From: Candidatus Bipolaricaulia bacterium
GTDB lineage: Bacteria > Bipolaricaulota > Bipolaricaulia > JBHIAT01
NCBI GenBank assembly: GCA_046758705.1
Contig: JBHIAT010000075.1
Span: forward strand, 1 to 16,353
DNA: 16,353 nt
Reading direction: 5' to 3'
A program made the translations under genes and the position numbers. The notes under the pieces are model-generated. The model was not told the origin of the DNA. It did no database searches and was given only the letters and a program-made list of their open reading frames with translations. Below, piece by piece: positions 1-6,570 of this stretch. The first letter of the stretch is position 1. The number at the start of each line of letters is the position of its first letter.

Positions 1-1
1 C

Positions 2-967
2 ATGCCAACGGTGATCACACTCGGAGAAGTCCTCATCGACTTCATCGCGACCGAGACCGGTCCGCTTCGTGATGCCCCCGGTTTTCTGAAGCGGGCCGGT
101 GGGGCACCTGCCAACGTCGCAGTCGGGATCTCACGCCTGAAAGTGAGTGCAGGCTTTATCGGCAAGGTCGGAGATGATGAGTTCGGAGGGTTCCTCCGGG
201 GCGTGTTAGAGACCAACAGAGTGGATGTCACCTGTCTCAAATATACCTCAGCGGCTCAAACTCCCCTGGCGTTCGTGTCTCTGACCGAGACAGGTGTACC
301 GGACTTCACCTTCTATCGGAGCCCCGGCGCCGATGAGAAGCTGTCGGTTGACGATATCGATGAGGCTTACATCCAGACGGGTCGGGTGTTACATTACGGC
401 TCGCTGAGTCTGACCTCCGAACCCAGCCGGTCGGCAACGTTCCGGGCCGTCCAGTACGCACACCAGGGAGAACTGATTGTGTCGATGGATCCCAACCTCC
501 GGCTTTCCCTATGGAAAGATGAAGCAACCGCCAAGCGGGTGATCCGGGAGGGGATATCACGATCTCATCTGTTGAAACTGAGCGGGGAGGAGGCAAACTA
601 CCTGACCGGGGCTGACTCTCTGGAGCAGGCTTCCGATATACTGCGAAATTGGGGGCCGGTTTGGGTGGTGATCACCCGGGGAAAGAAAGGCTGTGCTTAT
701 CGATTGCAAGACCGATATGGAGAGATACCGGGGTACACCGTGGAGACCGTTGATACGACCGGAGCCGGTGATGGTTTTCTAGCGGGGCTGTTAAGCTACC
801 TGGTCCAACAGAAGCCGCTCAGCGATCTCTCCGATTGGTCGGCCGAGGCGGTCGAGGATGCGCTGCGTTATGCCAATGCCGTAGCAGCGTTGACGACCAC
901 AAGTTACGGTGGCATCGATGCGCTGCCCGATGTGACAAAGGTTCGAGATTTTCTTCACAACCTGTAA
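2..967 (+). CDS. PfkB/ribokinase-family carbohydrate kinase (fructokinase-like)
   Basis: N-terminal LGEVLID, PfkB signature GGAPANVAVG..GFIGKVGDDEFG, DPNLR..LW, and C-terminal DTTGAGDGF anion-hole motif. The upstream region lies outside the window. Confidence 0.93.
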   Translation: MPTVITLGEVLIDFIATETGPLRDAPGFLKRAGGAPANVAVGISRLKVSAGFIGKVGDDEFGGFLRGVLETNRVDVTCLKYTSAAQTPLAFVSLTETGVPDFTFYRSPGADEKLSVDDIDEAYIQTGRVLHYGSLSLTSEPSRSATFRAVQYAHQGELIVSMDPNLRLSLWKDEATAKRVIREGISRSHLLKLSGEEANYLTGADSLEQASDILRNWGPVWVVITRGKKGCAYRLQDRYGEIPGYTVETVDTTGAGDGFLAGLLSYLVQQKPLSDLSDWSAEAVEDALRYANAVAALTTTSYGGIDALPDVTKVRDFLHNL

Positions 968-969
968 CG

Positions 970-999
970 TTGGCTCCTTAAACCTCTAAACCTTATAAT
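970..999 (+). promoter_or_regulatory. Putative sigma70 promoter for the deoxynucleoside kinase gene
   Basis: TTGGCT (970-975), 18 nt spacer, TATAAT (994-999). Only 11 nt separate the -10 from ATG 1011 and there is no SD, implying a very short leader. Confidence 0.6.
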
Positions 1000-1010
1000 G
1001 ATCAACGACG

Positions 1011-1646
1011 ATGAAGAAGTTTATAGCCATAGCGGGAAACGTAGGCGTAGGTAAGTCCACTCTGACCGCTCTGCTGAGCGAACGGTTGGGCTGGGAATCC
1101 TTCTATGAAGCAGTCGACGACAACCCTTATCTGGCCGACTTCTACCGGGATATGAAGCGCTGGGGATTTCACTCCCAAATCTTCTTTCTATCGAGACGCC
1201 TGCGTTATCATCGTCAGCTCATTGATCATCCCAGCTCGGTGGTCCAAGATCGCAGCGTCTACGAGGACGCCGAAGTCTTTGCCAAAAATCTCTATCGTCA
1301 AGGACACATGAACAAACGGGATTATCTCAGCTATCGAACGTTGTATGCAGAGCTGGTCGCGCTCCTGCCACCCCCGGATATGGTCGTCTATCTGAAAGCG
1401 TCGCTGGATACGCTCCTTCACCGTATCGCCCTTCGAGGGCGGGAGTTCGAACAAGACATTTCGCCTGAATACTTGGAGCAACTCAATGAGCTCTATGAAG
1501 AATGGATCCGGAGCTTCTCGCTTTGTCCAGTGCTCACCGTTCCGGCCGACGATCTCGACTTTGTGAAGTACATCACTCACATGGAACAGATCACGGCCAA
1601 GATCATGGAGAAACTCAGCGGAACGGAGACCGTGACCTTCGATTGA
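1011..1646 (+). CDS. Deoxynucleoside kinase (dNK family, dAK/dCK/dGK-like)
   Basis: P-loop IAIAGNVGVGKST, NPYL..FY, QIFFL..R, DRSVYED and lid RIALRGREFE. Confidence 0.94.
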   Translation: MKKFIAIAGNVGVGKSTLTALLSERLGWESFYEAVDDNPYLADFYRDMKRWGFHSQIFFLSRRLRYHRQLIDHPSSVVQDRSVYEDAEVFAKNLYRQGHMNKRDYLSYRTLYAELVALLPPPDMVVYLKASLDTLLHRIALRGREFEQDISPEYLEQLNELYEEWIRSFSLCPVLTVPADDLDFVKYITHMEQITAKIMEKLSGTETVTFD

Positions 1647-1664
1647 TCGGAGGTTAAGTGAAGT

Positions 1665-1741
1665 TGGTGGAGTCGACGGGACTCGAACCCGTGACCTCGT
1701 GGATGCCGCCCACGCGCTCTCCCAAACTGAGCTACGACCCC
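1665..1741 (-). tRNA. tRNA-Ala (anticodon GGC), CCA encoded
   Basis: Minus strand reads GGGGTCG TA GCTC AGTTTGGGA GAGC G CGTGG GCGGCAT CCACG AGGTC ACGGG TTCGAGT CCCGT CGACTCC ACCA (77 nt). All four stems pair. The G3:U70 alanine identity pair and A73 are present. Anticodon at 1707-1705. Confidence 0.97.
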
Positions 1742-1751
1742 ATGCGCGTTT

Positions 1752-1780
1752 ATCCTAACAGATCAGTTTCACGAAGTCAA
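1752..1780 (-). promoter_or_regulatory. Sigma70 promoter of tRNA-Ala
   Basis: TTGACT (1780-1775, overlapping the lrp stop codon), 17 nt spacer, TAGGAT (1757-1752) with an extended TGn. 10 nt from the -10 to the mature 5' end. Confidence 0.75.
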
Positions 1781-2253
1781 CCTCCCCAGGTGTTAGCCGT
1801 CACCGGAGCGAGGTTGATATCAGCGTTCTCCTTGACCGCCGACAGGACAACAGAAGTGTTCGTCCCCTCGATCATTGGGTTGCTCAACAACCGCTTGATC
1901 TCCCGGTTCATCATCGCCTCATCGAGGAACTTGCCGATGACCAGAATGTCGAACTCCCCGGTGATCTCGTAGACGTGGGTGAGGTTCTCATCTTGCCTCA
2001 AGATCTCGACGATCTTGGGGATCTCGGTCCCTCGGGCCTTGATCTGAGTGATCGCTGTCAGACTATATCCGAACTGCGTGTAGTCGATGTCAGGCTTAAA
2101 CCCGCGGATCACCCCACGCTCCTCCATCTCCTTGAGGCGATTGCTCACCGTCGTCGTCGAGATGTCCAGCTCCTTGGCGATCTGTCGGAGTGAAGCTCGC
2201 CCATCCTCGCGAAACTTCTGAATAATCTCCAGATCGAGATTCTTGTAGGTCAT
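1777..2253 (-). CDS. lrp: Lrp/AsnC-family transcriptional regulator (haloarchaeal Lrp-like)
   Basis: HTH region LD.EIIQKFREDGRASLRQIAKELDISTTTVSNRLKEMEERGVIRGF and C-terminal RAM domain VYEITGEFDILV...TNTSVVL. Divergent from glnA. Confidence 0.95.
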   Translation of the reverse strand: MTYKNLDLEIIQKFREDGRASLRQIAKELDISTTTVSNRLKEMEERGVIRGFKPDIDYTQFGYSLTAITQIKARGTEIPKIVEILRQDENLTHVYEITGEFDILVIGKFLDEAMMNREIKRLLSNPMIEGTNTSVVLSAVKENADINLAPVTANTWGG

Positions 2254-2259
2254 GTCATT

Positions 2260-2288
2260 AATCTATCAGATCAATCGGGAGGTTTCAA
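2260..2288 (-). promoter_or_regulatory. Sigma70 promoter of lrp, predicted to give a leaderless mRNA
   Basis: TTGAAA (2288-2283), 17 nt spacer, TAGATT (2265-2260) with TGn extension. 6 nt separate the -10 from the ATG at 2253. No SD. Confidence 0.75.
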
Positions 2289-2362
2289 CTGTTCCTCTTG
2301 CCTTGACCTGACTTCGTCCTTCGCAGCTCGGCTCAGTCCTGCCCGCTGAACCGGGTGATCCC

Positions 2363-2392
2363 TTGACGTCATGCCCTCCCCCGCGCTATAAT
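2363..2392 (+). promoter_or_regulatory. Sigma70 promoter of glnA
   Basis: TTGACG (2363-2368), 18 nt spacer, TATAAT (2387-2392). Predicts a leader of about 140 nt. SD AAGGGGG at 2527-2533. Confidence 0.75.
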
Positions 2393-2435
2393 ACCACCGG
2401 TTGCCCCTCACCTGTTGTTTAGACATATAGATATA

Positions 2436-2481
2436 TTATGAACAAATTATTGGGAATCTGTTCATAAATCCGAAATATGAA
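2436..2481. promoter_or_regulatory. AT-rich inverted-repeat array in the glnA leader (candidate operator or RNA hairpin)
   Basis: TTATGAACA (2436-2444) and TGTTCATAA (2459-2467) are perfect 9-bp arms, with inner ATT/AAT. A third TATGAA lies at 2476-2481. Confidence 0.55.
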
Positions 2482-2540
2482 TTCACAATGACGGGAAGCC
2501 ACAGGGCCAAATTAGATAAAATCCAAAAGGGGGTACCTCA

Positions 2541-3911
2541 ATGCCCGAACGAGATGAGCAAATCCAGCAGGTTCTCAAGGAAATCGAAGCGCGGAACGTC
2601 CGGTTCGTCCGGCTACAATTCATCGATATTCTGGGGATTCCGAAGAATGTCGAGATCCCAGCCGACGAACTGGAACAGGTGCTTCAGAATGATCTGGCGT
2701 TCGATGGCTCATCGATTGAGGGGTTCGCCCGGATCTCGGAGTCGGATATGTATCTCCGACCGGATCCCAGTACGTTCGCTATCTACCCGTGGCGGGTAAA
2801 CGCATTGAATCAGGACGGGGATGGTGAGGGACAGCATACGGCGCGGCTCATCTGTGATGTCTACACTCCACAGGGGGAACCGTTCTCCGGGGACCCCCGC
2901 TACGCCCTGAGGCGGGCGATTGCCGAGGCTGCCCAACAAGGTTATGCGATGTATGCGGGACCGGAGCCGGAGTTCTTCCTGCTCCAGAAGGACGAGCACG
3001 GACGACCGACCCTCGACGTCCACGATCGCGGCGGTTACTTTGACCTGATGCCCATCGACCTGGGAGAGGAAACCCGCCAGGATATCGTCCTCGCCCTGGA
3101 GGAGATGGGCTTCAACGTCGAGGCGGCACACCACGAGGTGGCCCCCGGTCAGCACGAGATCGATTTCCGCTATACGAACGCGCTGAGGACCGCTGATAAC
3201 ATCGTGACCTTCAAGTTGGTGACCAAAACGATTGCGCTGTTTCGCGGTCTCCATGCGACGTTCATGCCGAAACCGGTCGCGGGAGAGAACGGCTCGGGCA
3301 TGCACACCCACCTGTCGTTGTTCAAGGATGACATCAACACCTTCTACGATCCGTCCGACGAGTACAACCTATCGGAGGTCGCCTATCAGTTCATGGCCGG
3401 ACTGATCGCGCACATCGATGCGATCACCGCGCTCACCAGCCCGACGATCAATTCCTACAAGCGGCTGGTCCCCGGCTATGAAGCCCCGGTCAACATCTCG
3501 TGGGCGCGGATCAATCGATCGGCCCTGATCCGGATCCCGGCGTCTAATACGCCGGAGGTCTCGACCCGCTTGGAGTTCAGAAGTCCGGACCCGTCAACGA
3601 ACCCCTACCTGGCATTCGCCGCCATCCTGCGCAGCGGCCTGGACGGAATCGCCCGGAAGCTCACCCCACCGTCTCCCGTTGAGGAGGATATCTACGAGAT
3701 GACCGAGGAACAGCGCCGGAAACATCAAATCAGCGTGTTGCCGGCCAGCTTGGATCAGGCCCTCGAGGCGCTCGAAAACGACGAGGTCATCCGAGGCGCC
3801 CTGGGAGAGCATATCTTCGAGCGTTTCCTCGCCGCCAAACACGAGGAGCTCCTCGGATACCGAACCGCCGTGACTCAATGGGAGATCGACCGTTATCTTG
3901 ACTACTATTAA
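2541..3911 (+). CDS. glnA: Glutamine synthetase type I (GSI-alpha-like)
   Basis: FDGSSIEGF..ESDM, GPEPEFF, HHEVAPGQHEI, ATFMPKP..GENGSGMHTH, NSYKRLVPGYEAP, NRSALIRIP and RLEFRSPDP..NPYL. 456 aa with a good SD. Confidence 0.98.
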   Translation: MPERDEQIQQVLKEIEARNVRFVRLQFIDILGIPKNVEIPADELEQVLQNDLAFDGSSIEGFARISESDMYLRPDPSTFAIYPWRVNALNQDGDGEGQHTARLICDVYTPQGEPFSGDPRYALRRAIAEAAQQGYAMYAGPEPEFFLLQKDEHGRPTLDVHDRGGYFDLMPIDLGEETRQDIVLALEEMGFNVEAAHHEVAPGQHEIDFRYTNALRTADNIVTFKLVTKTIALFRGLHATFMPKPVAGENGSGMHTHLSLFKDDINTFYDPSDEYNLSEVAYQFMAGLIAHIDAITALTSPTINSYKRLVPGYEAPVNISWARINRSALIRIPASNTPEVSTRLEFRSPDPSTNPYLAFAAILRSGLDGIARKLTPPSPVEEDIYEMTEEQRRKHQISVLPASLDQALEALENDEVIRGALGEHIFERFLAAKHEELLGYRTAVTQWEIDRYLDYY

Positions 3912-3928
3912 CCTGAGGAGGGATCACC

Positions 3929-3991
3929 TTGAACCAGATCACAGCGCTGGATAGTTTAAAATTGGCCGATGACCAGACACGCAGGATATAA
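3929..3991 (+). CDS. Putative 20-aa small ORF (MNQITALDSLKLADDQTRRI) or 5' remnant of a deleted gene
   Basis: AGGAGG (3916-3921), 7 nt spacer, TTG (3929), open to TAA (3989-3991). Directly after the glnA stop with no terminator hairpin between. Confidence 0.3.
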   Translation: MNQITALDSLKLADDQTRRI

Positions 3992-3992
3992 T
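3962..3992 (+). promoter_or_regulatory. Putative promoter for the ABC/peptidase operon
   Basis: TATAAT at 3987-3992, with TTGGCC at 3962-3967 (19 nt spacer, suboptimal). SD AAAGGAGGG at 4007-4015. Confidence 0.5.
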
Positions 3993-4022
3993 AGATTCAG
4001 AAGCTCAAAGGAGGGAATTGCC

Positions 4023-5552
4023 ATGAACAGGAACGGCAGGATAACCTTCTGGTTCATGGCCATCCTGATTCCCGTGATCCTGATCGGTTTCGGTTTCGGT
4101 TACGGGGCTACCGGTATGGCTGAACCAGTCTATGGGGGGACGCTGTGGGTGGCGATACCCGCAGAACCTCCTGCCTTGGATCCAACAACGCATGCAGGGA
4201 CGGCGATCGTCACCGTCGTTCACAACACGGTCCTCGAAGGATTGGTCAAAGTGAACCAGGACGGTCAGATCGTTCCAGCCATCGCTGACAGTTGGGAGAT
4301 CTCCGCAGACGGCTTGACGTTTACCTTCCATCTGCACCCCGGGGTGAAGTTCCACAACGGGCGAACGCTGACAGCGGCCGATGTGAAGTTCACGATCGAA
4401 CGAGCCCTCGATCCTGATTCCGGCTTCACCCAACCTCGGTACTTTACAGGTGTCTCGGCGGTGGAGGTCGTCGACGATCACACAGTCAGAATCAAATTGG
4501 ATCAGGTGAACGCCAACCTGTTGTATAATTTGACCTTAGCGGAATCGGTTATCGTACCCCAAGAGACGGTCGATACGCTGAGCAGCGCTCCAATCGGCAC
4601 CGGACCGTTCAAGTTCGTAAGCTGGGTGCCGGGAAGCCATATCACGCTGGAACAGTTCGCAGACTACTACCGTCCCGGTCTTCCCTATCTCGATGAAGTC
4701 AGCTTCCGATTCATCCCTGAGCCCAGCACGGCAATGGCCGCGTTGCAGACGGGAGCGGTGGACGTTGTGACTTACCTGACACCCGAGAACGTGTTCCAAG
4801 TGCAAACGGAGCCTCTGTTGAAACTGATATACGCCCCTACAATCGGGAACATCACCCTTATGGCGATCAACAACGCCCGAGAGCCGTTCACCGATCTGCG
4901 CGTGCGGCAAGCGATCAACTACGCCATCGATCAGGAAGAGGTCATCGAAGGGGCTCAGTTCGGATTCGCGGCTCGCATCGGCTCCCATATGAGTCCGGCC
5001 AATCCCTTCTACATCGATCTGACCGATCGATACGAATACGATCCTGAGAAGGCCAAGGCGCTGTTGGCCGAGGCGGGTTATCCCAACGGCTTTAAGGCCA
5101 CTCTCAAACTGCCCCAGCCCTTTGAGTATGCGATCCGTTCGGGCGAGATCATCGCCGATCAGCTCGCTAGAGTGGGTATCGATCTCAACCTCCAAATCAT
5201 CGAGTGGGGAACCTGGCTTGACCAAGTGTACCAAGGGTACGACTATGACCTCACCATCGTCAACCAAAGCCGACCCTATGGGATAAGCAGCTACTACCCC
5301 AGACCGAGCTACTACTTCCGATACGATAACCCTCAAGTTCAACAGATGGTGAGTGAACTCATCGCAACGGCCGATGTGACCAGACAGGCGGAGATCTATG
5401 CGCAGCTCCAACGGACCGTGGCCGACGATGCGGTGAACGTCTTCCTGTTCAACCTGCCGGCCCTGATTGGGCTGCATGACAACGTTCAAAACTGGTGGAC
5501 CAAAATGCCGGCCGTGGCGGCCGATATCACGGAGGTATACAAAACCCGGTAG
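4023..5552 (+). CDS. ABC transporter substrate-binding protein, family 5 (DppA/OppA-like)
   Basis: Start moved to ATG 4023 behind a strong SD. N-terminal hydrophobic signal without a lipobox Cys. YGGTL, LDP, A.SWEIS.DG.TFTFHL..GVKFHNG, PIGTGPFK and DLRVRQAINYAID. Confidence 0.94.
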   Translation: MNRNGRITFWFMAILIPVILIGFGFGYGATGMAEPVYGGTLWVAIPAEPPALDPTTHAGTAIVTVVHNTVLEGLVKVNQDGQIVPAIADSWEISADGLTFTFHLHPGVKFHNGRTLTAADVKFTIERALDPDSGFTQPRYFTGVSAVEVVDDHTVRIKLDQVNANLLYNLTLAESVIVPQETVDTLSSAPIGTGPFKFVSWVPGSHITLEQFADYYRPGLPYLDEVSFRFIPEPSTAMAALQTGAVDVVTYLTPENVFQVQTEPLLKLIYAPTIGNITLMAINNAREPFTDLRVRQAINYAIDQEEVIEGAQFGFAARIGSHMSPANPFYIDLTDRYEYDPEKAKALLAEAGYPNGFKATLKLPQPFEYAIRSGEIIADQLARVGIDLNLQIIEWGTWLDQVYQGYDYDLTIVNQSRPYGISSYYPRPSYYFRYDNPQVQQMVSELIATADVTRQAEIYAQLQRTVADDAVNVFLFNLPALIGLHDNVQNWWTKMPAVAADITEVYKTR

Positions 5553-5574
5553 ACGAGGACGAACATCATCAACC

Positions 5575-5594
5575 CGCCAACGTGAGCGTAGGCG
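5575..5594 (+). other. Intergenic stem-loop after the binding-protein gene (possible mRNA-stabilising element)
   Basis: CGCC-A-ACG-TGAG-CGT-A-GGCG forms a 7-bp stem with one mismatch and has no U-tract. Confidence 0.3.
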
Positions 5595-5625
5595 ATCAGG
5601 ACCGGTCCCCCGGGAGTTTTCATAG

Positions 5626-6570
5626 ATGGTGGATTACTTCATCAGGCGTCTATTTACCTTGGTGGTGGTCCTGCTTCTCATCTCGATCATCACCTTCGTC
5701 ATCCTCAACGCCATCCCGGGGGACCCCGCACTGATCATCTTAGGCGTCGAAGCCGATCCGGATCTTCTGGACCGGTTGCGCGAACAACTCGGGCTCAACC
5801 GCCCGTTACATCTCCAGTATTGGTACTGGATCAGCGGGGTGGTCAAGGGAGATCTTGGCAGCTCTATTCACTATAGTGTTCCTATCTCATCCTTGATCGT
5901 CAGTCGGCTGTCCGTGACTCTGCCTTTGGCAGCATTGGCCACGGTTTTGGCCGTGATGCTATCCATTCCTTTGGGGATCTACGCGGCGACTCACCAAAAT
6001 CGGATCGGAGACTTTTCCAGTATGGTACTCTCTCAACTGGGTCTTTCTGTTCCTTCGTTCTGGATAGGCATTCTGCTGATCATTCTGTTCGCCGTCCATC
6101 TGGGATGGTTCCCAGCGGGAGGGTTCACCTATTGGTCCGAGAATGCGGTGGCCGCATTGAAATCGCTCCTGCTACCCGCTTTGGCGCTGGGTGTCGCACA
6201 AGCGGCCGTGCTGACCCGGATCACGCGCTCATCGATGCTCGAAGTCCTGCATGAGGATTACATCCAGACCGCCAGAAGCAAAGGACTGGCGGAACGGGTG
6301 GTTATCTATAAACATGGCCTCAAAAACGCGTTCATCTCGATCCTGACGATCCTGGGTTTGCAGATCGGGGCGCTGTTGACCGGCAGCATCATCATCGAGA
6401 ACGTCTTCTCGCTTCCGGGGTTGGGAAGACTGGTTCTCGGTTCGATCGGCCAGCGTGATCTGCCAGTCGTGCAAGGAATCGTGGTCTTCTTTGCCGCGAT
6501 GATCATCCTGATCAACTTTATCGTCGATATCCTGTATGGATACCTGAATCCGAGAATTCGATATGAATAA
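5626..6570 (+). CDS. ABC transporter permease (DppB/OppB-like)
   Basis: PGDPA, LGLNRPL..QY..W, GDLG.S, EAA loop RSSMLEVLHEDYIQTARSKGL, IENVFSLPGLGRL and C-terminal LNPRIR. Confidence 0.95.
   Translation: MVDYFIRRLFTLVVVLLLISIITFVILNAIPGDPALIILGVEADPDLLDRLREQLGLNRPLHLQYWYWISGVVKGDLGSSIHYSVPISSLIVSRLSVTLPLAALATVLAVMLSIPLGIYAATHQNRIGDFSSMVLSQLGLSVPSFWIGILLIILFAVHLGWFPAGGFTYWSENAVAALKSLLLPALALGVAQAAVLTRITRSSMLEVLHEDYIQTARSKGLAERVVIYKHGLKNAFISILTILGLQIGALLTGSIIIENVFSLPGLGRLVLGSIGQRDLPVVQGIVVFFAAMIILINFIVDILYGYLNPRIRYE

Noticed and set aside
1665-1690. tRNA 3' end as attachment site of an island
   Set aside because: No integrase and no convincing direct repeat in the window; only an 8-nt match near 8651.
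1658-1972. 104-aa plus-strand ORF
   Set aside because: Antisense to tRNA-Ala and lrp. Its N-terminus is simply the translated tRNA complement.
2327-2355. GC-rich imperfect hairpin between the divergent promoters
   Set aside because: It lies outside both predicted transcripts and has no U-tract; such pairing is expected by chance at this GC content.
2438-2491. Mini-ORFs MNKLLGICS* (2438-2467) and MNSQ* (2477-2491) as attenuator leader peptides
   Set aside because: No SD, no run of regulatory codons and no terminator. The ATG and TAA arise from the dyad sequence itself.
2456-2510. Glutamine (glnA-motif) riboswitch
   Set aside because: Only a superficial GTTCAT...GACGGGAAG resemblance. No closing P1 helix or loop-E AGTA/GAA pair was found. 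An Rfam scan would settle it.
3969-4022. Longer N-terminus of the binding protein in the ORF track
   Set aside because: The segment contains the TATAAT and the strong SD for ATG 4023.
4536-5489. Long antisense ORFs (also 2709-3311, 10442-11785, 11889-12614, 14861-15700)
   Set aside because: Shadow frames of well-supported genes in GC-rich DNA, with no recognisable motifs.
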